A stretch of DNA of 64,000 nucleotides from SAR86 cluster bacterium AG-422-O05. GTDB taxonomy: Bacteria; Pseudomonadota; Gammaproteobacteria; Magnimaribacterales; D2472. Under the pieces are notes generated by a model. It was not told the DNA's origin, searched no databases, and saw only the letters and a program-made list of their open reading frames with translations. Location: contig QCMW01000001.1 of assembly GCA_003213495.1 (NCBI GenBank), forward strand, positions 710,104 through 774,103, in the 5' to 3' direction. Positions 1-9,037 of the stretch are shown one piece after another. The translations under genes and the position numbers were made by a program. Position 1 is the first letter of the stretch. Each line of letters begins with the position of its first letter.

Positions 1-417
1 ACTAAGATAAATGAGCTTCCGCAGTTATTGAATATATTTTTTGGTGATATGAGTGTTATAGGCCCAAGGCCATTAACCTCTCAAGCCTTTGAAACTTATT
101 CAGATAATACCAAATGCCTTATAAAAAAAGTTAGGCCAGGCTTATCAGGGATAGGATCTATTGTATTTCGAGCTGAAGAAGAAATACTGCATGGGGCAAG
201 CGGCTCCATTGATTTTTATGAAAATGTTATTGCTCCATATAAAGGAGAACTCGAGGAGTGGTTTGTCTTAAATAAAAGTCTTTATATATATTTTGTCGCT
301 ATATTTGTTACAGCTTGGGCAGTTCTCATTCCTAGCACAAAATTAACATGGAGAGTTTTTAAGGATTTACCAGAGCCACCAAATGACTTAAAGCAGGCGT
401 TAAATTTTACTGACTAA
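1..417 (+). CDS. Bacterial sugar transferase (polyprenyl-phosphate sugar-1-phosphate transferase family), C-terminal part; the 5' end lies upstream of the window
   Basis: Frame 1 is open from base 1 (TKINELPQLLNIFFGDMSVIGPRP...). The ELPQL..GDMS.(I/V)GPRP and RPGLSG motifs are typical of this family. The TTG at 28 in the ORF track is probably internal. Confidence 0.8.
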   Translation, partial: TKINELPQLLNIFFGDMSVIGPRPLTSQAFETYSDNTKCLIKKVRPGLSGIGSIVFRAEEEILHGASGSIDFYENVIAPYKGELEEWFVLNKSLYIYFVAIFVTAWAVLIPSTKLTWRVFKDLPEPPNDLKQALNFTD

Positions 418-440
418 TTTCTTCAATAAAAAATAGATTT

Positions 441-468
441 AAAAAAGCTGCATTATGCAGCTTTTTTG
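441..468. terminator. Rho-independent terminator hairpin (A-run, 7-bp stem, T-run)
   Basis: aaaaaAGCTGCAttaTGCAGCTtttttt: perfect 7-bp stem (446-452 / 456-462), 3-nt loop, flanked by an A-tract and a T-tract. Confidence 0.75.
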
Positions 469-532
469 TTTGTAGATTTTTTAAAGTTCTTTATTAGCCA
501 TAAGACATATATAATGAATAAAATTTAATGTA

Positions 533-1129
533 ATGATTCAATTTAAAAACTTAAATCAAGAAGAACCATATTTGCTATTCAAGAGCAAATACGATGAAGC
601 TTATAGCGCAGAACAAAAAGTTATTGAGGCTATCTCAATTTCGACTTTTGAAAATAAAACTAACGAGGTAGATTCTAGGTTCGTAAACCTTAAATTTGTA
701 TCAGATAATGAGTTTATATTTTTTAGTAATTATAAATCTCCAAAAGCCAATTCTTTCGAAACACATAACCAGATAGCCGCACTAATATATTGGTCTAGCA
801 TCAATGTTCAGATTAGAATGAAAGCAAAAATAAGAAAAATGTCAAATGATTATAACCAAAGGTATTTCGAAAATAGATCAAAAAAAAAGAATGCGCTAGC
901 CATTTCTTCTAATCAATCGAAGCCAATAAATTCATATAAACAAGTCATAGAAAATTATAATAAATCATTAAATAATGATAATTTAAAAAAATGTCCAGAG
1001 TACTGGGGAGGATATTCATTCACTCCTTACTATTTTGAATTTTGGGAAGGTCATGATTCAAGGCTTAATAAAAGAGAAATTTTTGAAGAGATTGATGGTT
1101 GTTGGAGACATTCATTTGTTCAGCCATAA
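533..1129 (+). CDS. pdxH: Pyridoxamine 5'-phosphate oxidase
   Basis: 198 aa. The C-terminal region ...WGGYSFTPYYFEFWEGHDSRLNKREIF...W....VQP matches the PdxH pattern (W.G(Y/F)...P...EFW.G...RLH.R), and the length is typical. Confidence 0.75.
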   Translation: MIQFKNLNQEEPYLLFKSKYDEAYSAEQKVIEAISISTFENKTNEVDSRFVNLKFVSDNEFIFFSNYKSPKANSFETHNQIAALIYWSSINVQIRMKAKIRKMSNDYNQRYFENRSKKKNALAISSNQSKPINSYKQVIENYNKSLNNDNLKKCPEYWGGYSFTPYYFEFWEGHDSRLNKREIFEEIDGCWRHSFVQP

Positions 1130-1265
1130 ATATTGCCAAATTTAATATTTAGTATAAAATCCAACTAAAAATGAAAGTCACAAAATTCTATTCAAAAATT
1201 ATAAAGCTATTGCTAAAATCTTAATGCATCATATTTTGTCCTTTACGCAATCCTAAATATTCTTA

Positions 1266-1799
1266 ATGGTTTCATCAAAGAATAAAAATACTCCTACAAA
1301 TGAAAACATAAGAGCGGAAGAAGTTATGCTTATTGGTGCTAATGGAGATAAAGTAGGGCTTATGTCATTAAGCGAAGCGCTCGAATCTGCAAGAGCAGCA
1401 TCATTGGACCTGGTGCAAGTTTCTCCTTCTGACTCTAAACCCATTGTTTGTAAACTTTTAGATTATGGAAAACATCTATTTGACAAGAAAAAGAGTAATT
1501 CCTCATCTAAGACAAAGGTCAAAAGAAATACTACAAAAGAGATAAAATTTAGACCTTCCACAGATGTTGGTGATTACAATATCAAATTAAAAAAAATAAA
1601 AAGCTTTATTCTTAATGGAGATAAGACTAAAATAAGCGTCCGATTTAGAGGTAGGGAGATTTTAAATAGTGAAATGGGCCTTAAATTATTAAATAAAATA
1701 AAAGTTGAGTTAGAAAATATTGCTCAAGTTGATCAGGATCCTTCATTAGAGGGTCGTCAATTGCTAATGATTCTATCTCCTTTAAAAAAGAAAAGTTAA
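1266..1799 (+). CDS. infC: Translation initiation factor IF-3
   Basis: Aligns along its full length with E. coli IF3 (IRAEEV.LIG..G...G..S..EAL..A....LDLV.VSP...P.VCK..DYGK; KEIKFRP.TD.GDY..KL; RFRGRE; EGRQ). Followed by rpmI-rplT. The start is an ATG, with an in-frame ATA at 1257 just after a stop. Confidence 0.9.
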   Translation: MVSSKNKNTPTNENIRAEEVMLIGANGDKVGLMSLSEALESARAASLDLVQVSPSDSKPIVCKLLDYGKHLFDKKKSNSSSKTKVKRNTTKEIKFRPSTDVGDYNIKLKKIKSFILNGDKTKISVRFRGREILNSEMGLKLLNKIKVELENIAQVDQDPSLEGRQLLMILSPLKKKS

Positions 1800-1818
1800 T
1801 TCAAAATAAAATTTTGTT

Positions 1819-2013
1819 ATGGGATATAAACTTAAAACACACTCAGGGGCTGCTAAAAGGTTTAAAAGAACCGGCTCTTCCGTAAAAAGTAGAAGTGCAA
1901 ATAGAAATCATATTCTTACTAAGCAATCTACAAAAAGGAAAAGACATAATAGAGGTCTAAATAAGTTAACAGGTACAGTGCTTAAGATGGCTTCCGCATT
2001 AATTAAAAGGTAG
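1819..2013 (+). CDS. rpmI: 50S ribosomal protein L35
   Basis: 64 aa and basic. The K.K(T).(S/R)GAAKRFK.TG...K...A...HILTK...KRKR pattern plus the infC-rpmI-rplT synteny. Confidence 0.9.
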   Translation: MGYKLKTHSGAAKRFKRTGSSVKSRSANRNHILTKQSTKRKRHNRGLNKLTGTVLKMASALIKR

Positions 2014-2018
2014 TAGAT

Positions 2019-2366
2019 ATGCCAAGAGTAACAAAATCAGCAACAGCAAAAGCAAAACATAAGAAAGTCTTAAATGCTACCAAAGGTCATTACGGTGCAA
2101 GAAGTAGACTGTATAAAACCGCTAAGCAGTCTAATATTAAATCAATGCAATATGCATTTAGAGATAGAAAGAATAAAAAAAGAGCTTTTAGATCTTTATG
2201 GATTTCAAGAATTAACGCAGCATCAAGGTCTTTAGAAGTGCCGTATTCTAAGTTAATGAATGGAATGTCTTCAAAAAATATTATCTTAGATAGAAAAATT
2301 CTTTCAGATATAGCCGTATATGATTCTTCTACTTTCGAAAAGATAGTCCACTTAGCTCTAAAATAA
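2019..2366 (+). CDS. rplT: 50S ribosomal protein L20
   Basis: MPRV......AK.KHKK.L...KG(Y/H)YGARSR.Y..A.Q...K..QYA(Y/F)RDR...KR.FR.LWI.RINAA.R matches L20. Confidence 0.92.
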   Translation: MPRVTKSATAKAKHKKVLNATKGHYGARSRLYKTAKQSNIKSMQYAFRDRKNKKRAFRSLWISRINAASRSLEVPYSKLMNGMSSKNIILDRKILSDIAVYDSSTFEKIVHLALK

Positions 2367-2378
2367 TTTTTTAGTTAA

Positions 2379-3101
2379 ATGCCATCATTTAACATTAAGC
2401 CCCCAATTTTGAATCACGAGCTTGGAGGTTTGCATCCTATTACACAAGTTAAAGATTTTTTGTTAAATCTATTAAAAGAAGTAGGTTTTAACGAGGTAGA
2501 TGGACCTGAAATAGAATCTGAAGAGTACAATTTTGATATGTTAAATATCAAAGAATCCCATCCAGCAAGACAAATGCATGACACGTTTTATGTAGAAAAT
2601 AAGACTAGTGTTTTAAGAACTCACACTTCTCCTGTTCAGATTAGAAGTATGCTTAATTCCAGTCCTCCATTAGCTATCGTTTCGGCAGGAAAGGTATACA
2701 GAAAGGACGATGATTCAACTCATTTACCAATGTTTCATCAAGTTGAAGGAATATATGTAAACAAGGAAGTGAATTTTGCACAGTTAAAGGACTTAATCTA
2801 TAAAATTGTTTATGGGATCTTTGGTGAAGAGGTCAAAATTAGATTTAGACCTTCATATTTTCCATTTACAGAGCCTTCAGCTGAAGTCGATATATTATCT
2901 GAAAATGGAAAATGGCTTGAAATATTAGGATGCGGCATTGTTAATCCAATTGTTCTCGAAAATTGTAAAATAGACACAAAAAAATTTAGCGGTCTTGCTT
3001 TCGGTTTAGGCGTTGAAAGAATTGCTATGCTCAAATATGAGGTAAATGATATAAGAGATTTCTATAAATCAAATTTAGATTTTTTACGTCAATTTAAATG
3101 A
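2379..3101 (+). CDS. pheS: Phenylalanine--tRNA ligase alpha subunit, short form lacking the N-terminal coiled-coil domain
   Basis: 240 aa. Aligns with E. coli PheS from about residue 93 to the end (GGLHP.T; GPEIE..(Y)NFD.LN....HPAR...DTF(Y/W); FRPSYFPFTEPSAEVD; GKWLE.LGCG.V.P.VL; RQFK-stop). Only 12 nt separate it from the rplT stop. Confidence 0.9.
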   Translation: MPSFNIKPPILNHELGGLHPITQVKDFLLNLLKEVGFNEVDGPEIESEEYNFDMLNIKESHPARQMHDTFYVENKTSVLRTHTSPVQIRSMLNSSPPLAIVSAGKVYRKDDDSTHLPMFHQVEGIYVNKEVNFAQLKDLIYKIVYGIFGEEVKIRFRPSYFPFTEPSAEVDILSENGKWLEILGCGIVNPIVLENCKIDTKKFSGLAFGLGVERIAMLKYEVNDIRDFYKSNLDFLRQFK

Positions 3102-5029
3102 AAATAGCATACGAACATTTAATAAAATTTATTCCATCTAGACCCAGTATTGAGAATATTTCAGAAAAGTTTTTTCAGCTAGGCCATGAGCATGAAATAG
3201 AAAACAATATTTTTGATATGGAGCTAACACCTAACAGAGGAGATTGCTTATCAATTAATGGTTTATTAAGAGATTTATCAGTTTTTTATGAGATTACGCC
3301 CAATAATGAGATATATCCAGATGATATTAAGTCTTTGGACATAAATTTTGTTAATAATTCTCAAGAAGCATGTCCAAGTATCTCTTTTTTAAAAATTAAA
3401 ATACAAGGTGAGGTAAGTGCATATAAAGGCATATTTCAAGACTATTTTGATGACCTAGACGTAAATAAAAATAATTTCTTTACTGATATTTCTAACTACA
3501 TCTCATACGAGACTGGACAGCCCACACATTGTTATGATGCTGAAAAAGTTACAAGTTTAATTTCGCTAGAAACTTCTGTCGAAGAATATGAATTTAAAAC
3601 TTTATTAGATAAAACAATTAAATTGGAAGATGAAAATCTTGTATTTGTTCAGAATGGTGAAGTTATTAATCTAGCCGGTGTGATGGGTGGAAGTGGTACA
3701 GCATGTTCTAAAGATACGAAATCTGTAATTGTAGAATGTGCGTATTTTAATCCAGAAAATGTAATCGGTCAGTCAATTAAATATGATATTAAGTCAGACG
3801 CAGCTCATAAATTTGAAAGAGGTGTTGACCCACTGTGTCATGAAAAAGTACTAAGAAGATTCCTTAAAATTGTTGACGAGCACGCAACCATAAAAAACGT
3901 AGAAATCTTTAAGAGAGATTATATAAGCCATAATTCAACTGAAATCCCTTTTAGCATAGAACGCATAAATAATATTTTAGGACTTTCATGTAATTCAGAA
4001 GAACTCCAAGATTATCTTACTAAATTAGGCTTTAATATAGATAAAAATAAAATTATAGCTCCATCTTATAGAAGTGATATTAAGACTGAGAATGATATTG
4101 CTGAAGAGGTAGCAAGAGTTATAGGCTATAACAATATTCCGACCCAGCCTATAAAAATTCCCAAACTAAGCAATACATCAGATAAAAATTTGGAATTATT
4201 AGAAAATAACATAAAAACTCTACTAATAAGTGAAGGCTTTTTCGAAGTTATCAATGATCCTTTTGTAAATCATGAAACAAATAATTCTATTAAATTGGAT
4301 AATCCTCTAGATTCTCGAAGAAAAAATCTCAGAATTAATTTAGAAAAATCATTGATTGATAACCTTCTATACAACGAGAGAAGACAACAAGATTCTATTA
4401 AGCTGTTTGAGATCACAGATGTTTACTACATTGATAAAAAGGAACTGAAGAGCAAAAGAAAGCTTGGAATAATATGTAGCGGAAGAGTAGGAAAAAATTA
4501 CCTAGATTTCTCAAGAAAAATAGATAACAAGTACCTAACCAATATATTAGAAAAATTTAATAAAAAAATTAGCTTTAATCCGCACCTCATTAATAGAGAT
4601 GAATTGGAAACTAAACTAAATGATAAAATTATATATCTCGAAATTGATTTATATGAGTTAGAAAATTACGACTTTGACATTTTAGATGTAGAAAAATTTA
4701 TCTTAAATAAAGATAATTTTAAAAAGTATATTCCAATTTCTTCATTTCCGTCCTCTGTAAGAGATTTATCCTTTGCAGTTGCAGATAAAGAAAAGTACCA
4801 CGATCTTCAAAATCTTTTACTAGATTACAAAGACATTCTTATAAAAGAAATATTTGTATTTGATTTTTATCATAATGAAAATAAAGATGAGATTAAAATA
4901 GGTTTTAGATTTGTTTTTCAATCAAACTCTTCGACTATTACAGAAGGAGAAGTAAATAAAATTATGAACGAAATAATTGAAAAGGCTTTATCAATACCTT
5001 CTGTTGAAATTCCTGGACTCAAAAGATAG
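3098..5029 (+). CDS. pheT: Phenylalanine--tRNA ligase beta subunit, short form lacking the B2 OB-fold tRNA-binding domain
   Basis: 643 aa. The start overlaps the pheS stop (ATGA). A B1-like N-terminus runs directly into (E/D)LTPNRGDCLS. B3_4 (TGQPTHCYDA), B5 (APSYRSDI..E.DI.EEVAR..GYNNIP) and the C-terminal FDX-ACB domain (SSFPSSVRDLSF...) are present. Confidence 0.9.
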   Translation: MKIAYEHLIKFIPSRPSIENISEKFFQLGHEHEIENNIFDMELTPNRGDCLSINGLLRDLSVFYEITPNNEIYPDDIKSLDINFVNNSQEACPSISFLKIKIQGEVSAYKGIFQDYFDDLDVNKNNFFTDISNYISYETGQPTHCYDAEKVTSLISLETSVEEYEFKTLLDKTIKLEDENLVFVQNGEVINLAGVMGGSGTACSKDTKSVIVECAYFNPENVIGQSIKYDIKSDAAHKFERGVDPLCHEKVLRRFLKIVDEHATIKNVEIFKRDYISHNSTEIPFSIERINNILGLSCNSEELQDYLTKLGFNIDKNKIIAPSYRSDIKTENDIAEEVARVIGYNNIPTQPIKIPKLSNTSDKNLELLENNIKTLLISEGFFEVINDPFVNHETNNSIKLDNPLDSRRKNLRINLEKSLIDNLLYNERRQQDSIKLFEITDVYYIDKKELKSKRKLGIICSGRVGKNYLDFSRKIDNKYLTNILEKFNKKISFNPHLINRDELETKLNDKIIYLEIDLYELENYDFDILDVEKFILNKDNFKKYIPISSFPSSVRDLSFAVADKEKYHDLQNLLLDYKDILIKEIFVFDFYHNENKDEIKIGFRFVFQSNSSTITEGEVNKIMNEIIEKALSIPSVEIPGLKR

Positions 5030-5098
5030 AGTTTATAGTTATTATTTTCTTAATAAATTTACATAAGATATAATGCAATCAAAGCTAATTAGGTTTAT

Positions 5099-6886
5099 AT
5101 GACTATGAAAAAATCTTTCTTACAAAGTTTACTAGTGTGTATATTTTTAATTCCCATTGCTTATTCTCAAGAAATATCTGAAGAGTTTTTAAAAACTTTA
5201 CCTCCCGGAGTCAGAAGTGATGTATTGAATAGAATCGATGACCAAGAAAAAATTACAGATCCTACTTATAGCAGTCTTCAGACACAAACAAAGATTGAAA
5301 AAAAAGAGCTTGAAGATGAAACTGCCGAAGATGACGATTTCATTAGAAATATAGATGATTTAATGGTTTTTGGTTCTGATTTTTTTAGAACATACCAGTC
5401 AACTTATATGCCAATCAATGAACCCAATCTTAGTGCAGAATACATATTAGACTTTGGGGATACCCTAGAAATTCAATTAGTTGGCCAAAAGAATTACCAA
5501 CAAAAATTTGCATTACAAAGAGATGGATCAATTAATTTACCAGATATAGGTAAGGTCATATTAACTGGCTTGTCTTTAGATAATGCCTACTCCCTAATTA
5601 ATGCAAAAGTCGAGTCTGCATATATTGGAACTCAAGCTTATGTTAGTTTGAGCAATATTAGAGATATAAATGTATTAGTCTCAGGTAATGCATATAACCC
5701 AGGTATTTATACTTTACCTGGGAATTCAAATATTCTTCATGCCATTTCTGTAGCTGGTGGTATAAATGAATTTGGAAGTTACAGAGAAATTAATTTAATT
5801 AGAAATCAAGAAATTATTGAAACTCTAGATATGTATGATGTTCTGATAACAGGTATTTATAATACAAAAATTACATTGCAATCTGGCGATACTATTTTTG
5901 TTAAGCCTGTTAAAAATATGATTTCCATCGATGGTGCTGTAAAGAGGCCTGCTAAATATGAGCTATTTAAAAATCAAAATTTGTCTGATGTTATTAATTA
6001 TGCAAATGGTGTTGATGTTCAGGCAGATAACTCCAATATCTTTTTAGACAGAATTATAGATGGGGAGGTCAAAGCCCTCCCAATTAGTGATGTAAAAGAT
6101 TTTGACAAGATTCAATCAAAAGATAGAGATAAAATTTTTATAAGAAAACATTCATTTAGACTTGTGAGTATTGAAGGTGCTATTTTAAGACCTGGAAGAT
6201 ATCTAATGGCAGAGGGCGAATCTATTAATGACTTGTTAAAAAAATCTGGTGGATATACATCAAACGCGTATCCTTTTGGTGCTGTATATGAAACTGAACA
6301 AGCACTATTAATTAATAGAATGGCTAAAGATATTTTGTATGAAGAGTTTATAGATAACATCATTATAGCAAGCCAAAAAAACCCGACGGGAGGATTTGAT
6401 ATATCCTCGGTTGTTGATCTTACTGAAAATTTAAAAAATAATTCACCTAATGGAAGAGTTGCAATAGATATTGAGAATGAGGGTTCAAATGTAATACTAA
6501 GCGACAAAGATAGACTTATAATTCCAGAAACACCGAAACATATATACATTTATGGAGAAGTTTCCTATGAAGGTGCTTTAAGATTTGAGGATTCCTATAA
6601 TCTAGATAATTATATTTCTAAAGCGGGTGGTTTGAAAGACAGCGCATCTGATAAAGCAATTTATGTCCTTCATCCTAACGGAGACACTCAAAGAGCAATT
6701 TTAAGAAAAAGTCTCTTTCAAAATAGTCCTGATTCTGAGCTTATTTTATATCCAGGTTCTGTAATTTTTGTTCCAAGAGGAATTGATAATACAGCAACAA
6801 ATAGATTAGCAGCTCAAGCTTATGTATCTATTCTTGGTAATATCGGTATTGCGTTAGCTTCTCTTTCATCTATTAATAACAATTAA
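5099..6886 (+). CDS. Polysaccharide export protein (Wza/KpsD/GfcC-like; Poly_export plus repeated SLBB domains)
   Basis: Signal peptide (…IPIAYS/QE). A Poly_export-like segment (Y.L..GD.L.I.L.G.......F.(V/L)..DG.I.LP.IG.V...G(L/K)(S/T)...) is followed by several SLBB-like repeats (V.V.G.V..PG.Y....). Confidence 0.7.
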   Translation: MTMKKSFLQSLLVCIFLIPIAYSQEISEEFLKTLPPGVRSDVLNRIDDQEKITDPTYSSLQTQTKIEKKELEDETAEDDDFIRNIDDLMVFGSDFFRTYQSTYMPINEPNLSAEYILDFGDTLEIQLVGQKNYQQKFALQRDGSINLPDIGKVILTGLSLDNAYSLINAKVESAYIGTQAYVSLSNIRDINVLVSGNAYNPGIYTLPGNSNILHAISVAGGINEFGSYREINLIRNQEIIETLDMYDVLITGIYNTKITLQSGDTIFVKPVKNMISIDGAVKRPAKYELFKNQNLSDVINYANGVDVQADNSNIFLDRIIDGEVKALPISDVKDFDKIQSKDRDKIFIRKHSFRLVSIEGAILRPGRYLMAEGESINDLLKKSGGYTSNAYPFGAVYETEQALLINRMAKDILYEEFIDNIIIASQKNPTGGFDISSVVDLTENLKNNSPNGRVAIDIENEGSNVILSDKDRLIIPETPKHIYIYGEVSYEGALRFEDSYNLDNYISKAGGLKDSASDKAIYVLHPNGDTQRAILRKSLFQNSPDSELILYPGSVIFVPRGIDNTATNRLAAQAYVSILGNIGIALASLSSINNN

Positions 6887-6919
6887 AAAGTTAAGTTTGA
6901 GTGATATTGATTCGAGAAT

Positions 6920-8863
6920 ATGAAATATATTTTTAAAATTTATTTAATAATTGTTTTTTTATTTCAAATAGAACTTAAAGCGGATAGCTTTAAATATAAT
7001 TCATATAATAATCATGGTGTTATTGGACTTATTAACATGCCAACGGCAAGATTTTATGATGAACAATCTCATGGTTTAACTATTTATGATGGAACTCCTG
7101 ATCAAAAAATAACTTTATCTTCAAGCCCTTATGACTGGCTAGAGGCCTCACTTTTTTATACAAACATTCAAGGACTTCCATACCCAGGTTATGAATACCA
7201 AGACTATAAAGATAAGGGTTTTAACGTAAAATTAAGGTTAAAAGAGCAAGGAAATTTTCCCGCCGTAGCAATCGGAGTGATGGATATTGCTGGTACGGGC
7301 TTGTATAGTTCAGAATATATCATAACCAGCTATGGCATTAATAATATTGATATGCACTTTGGATTAGGTTGGGGGACTTTAAATGGGTCTAAAGATACAA
7401 TTAAAAACCCTTTAGGTTATATAAGTGATAATTTTAAAAATAGACCAACAGAAACTGAAGGTCAAGGAGGGCAATTTCAACCCTCTAGATATTTTTCTGG
7501 ACAAACGGCATCACCATTTTATGGAGTATCATACGCCCTGAATGACAAAACTTTATTCAAAATAGAGAAAGACACTACTCTCACAACAGATACCTTGGAT
7601 TATAAAAAAGCCAAAAGCAACTATTCTGTTGGAATTGACTATGCTTTAAATGAAAATTTTGTTGTTGGATTTTCCGTTGAGAGAGGTAGCACTGCATCAT
7701 TAAAATTTATTTATAAAAGTAGTCCGAAAAATTCTTACCAAAAATACAAATATCAAAATCAAGAGCAGAATAGTAATAATGAAGACCAATATCAAAATTT
7801 AATTACAAATTTAGAAAGGAATGGGATCGGTGTTAATAAAGTAATTGAAACTGCGAATTCTATAGGTCTTGAATTAACTCAGTTTACTCATTCAAATCTT
7901 CAGGTTGTTGAAGAAATTATTAAGCAAGCTGGAAAAGACTCAGGTATCGAAAAAGATATAAAGAAGAATCTAAAAATAGTTAATCTTGATGCAATTACAG
8001 AATTTGACGACAGTTTTGAAGAAAATTCAAACTTAATTTATGAAAGAGAAAAGAAATCTCAATTTAATACAAAAACAGGATTAAAATTTAGACCTTTCAT
8101 AGCTTCAAGAGAAGAGTTCTTTAAAGGTGCTTTGTTGCTTGAAAATGATAGTGAATATATTATTTTGGATAATTTGATGCTTAATGTGAATTTAAAATAT
8201 TCACTTGCAGATAATTTTGATGATCTTAGATATCCACCCTTAAATACATTTCCCGCTCAAGTAAGATCAGATATAAAACAGTACTTAAAAAATATGGATG
8301 AAGGTATTCTTATTGGTAGAGCACAAATAGACTATTTTATTTCCCCACATAAGGATCATCATTTAATGTTTACAGGAGGAATCTTAGAGGACATGTTTTC
8401 TGGGTTTGGTTTTGAATATCTATATTTTAAAAATGACACTAATTATTCAGTAGGCTTTGAATTGTTTAATGCCAAAAAAAGAGATTATGATTGGGGCTTT
8501 GGAACACTGGATTATCAAAATGTAACAGGACATTTAAATTTTCATTATAGAAACTATGGACTTATACCATTTGATATGAAGTTATCTTATGGTGAATATT
8601 TAGCTGGAGATGTTGGAACCACAATTGAATTATCTAGATCATATGATAATGGAATGGTTTTTGGTGTATTTGCATCAAATACAGATGTTTCTGAAGAGCA
8701 GTTTGGAGAAGGTAGTTTTGATAAAGGTATTTTTTTTAATATTCCTATTTATGGTAACTTAATTAACTATACATGGAGACCTCTGACTAAAGACCCTGGC
8801 GCAAAGCTAGTTAGAAGAAATACACTTCATGGCTTATTAGTAAAGTTTCAGCCAATTAACTAG
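6920..8863 (+). CDS. YjbH/GfcD-like outer-membrane exopolysaccharide protein
   Basis: 647 aa with a signal peptide. The N-terminal G.IGLINMPTAR motif resembles the YjbH-family start. Beta-rich aromatic-alternating sequence, and it sits next to a Wza-like exporter. Confidence 0.55.
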   Translation: MKYIFKIYLIIVFLFQIELKADSFKYNSYNNHGVIGLINMPTARFYDEQSHGLTIYDGTPDQKITLSSSPYDWLEASLFYTNIQGLPYPGYEYQDYKDKGFNVKLRLKEQGNFPAVAIGVMDIAGTGLYSSEYIITSYGINNIDMHFGLGWGTLNGSKDTIKNPLGYISDNFKNRPTETEGQGGQFQPSRYFSGQTASPFYGVSYALNDKTLFKIEKDTTLTTDTLDYKKAKSNYSVGIDYALNENFVVGFSVERGSTASLKFIYKSSPKNSYQKYKYQNQEQNSNNEDQYQNLITNLERNGIGVNKVIETANSIGLELTQFTHSNLQVVEEIIKQAGKDSGIEKDIKKNLKIVNLDAITEFDDSFEENSNLIYEREKKSQFNTKTGLKFRPFIASREEFFKGALLLENDSEYIILDNLMLNVNLKYSLADNFDDLRYPPLNTFPAQVRSDIKQYLKNMDEGILIGRAQIDYFISPHKDHHLMFTGGILEDMFSGFGFEYLYFKNDTNYSVGFELFNAKKRDYDWGFGTLDYQNVTGHLNFHYRNYGLIPFDMKLSYGEYLAGDVGTTIELSRSYDNGMVFGVFASNTDVSEEQFGEGSFDKGIFFNIPIYGNLINYTWRPLTKDPGAKLVRRNTLHGLLVKFQPIN

Positions 8864-9037
8864 AAACTTCATATTCCTATTTAAAAGGCGTTTCATTTTT
8901 ATAAGTTAGTGGTATACTTTTGTTTTTTACTGTATGCAGTGGTAATAGTATTTACGGTAATTACTTAAATAAAAATATATTATGTGTTATAAATGATATT
9001 ATATTGCAATCAAATTAAAGTAGAGGGTAGAGGAATT

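Noticed and set aside
8929-8940. The ACTGTATGCAGT palindrome upstream of the surface-protein gene, considered as a possible LexA/SOS box.
   Set aside because: It does not fit CTGT-N8-ACAG spacing. The arms are only 4 bp, so chance is likely.
8993-9037. The upstream ATG at 8993 as the start of the surface-protein gene.
   Set aside because: It would add 15 residues (MILYCNQIKVEGRGI) before an otherwise canonical signal peptide. The ATG at 9038 has a GAGGAA ribosome-binding site at proper spacing.
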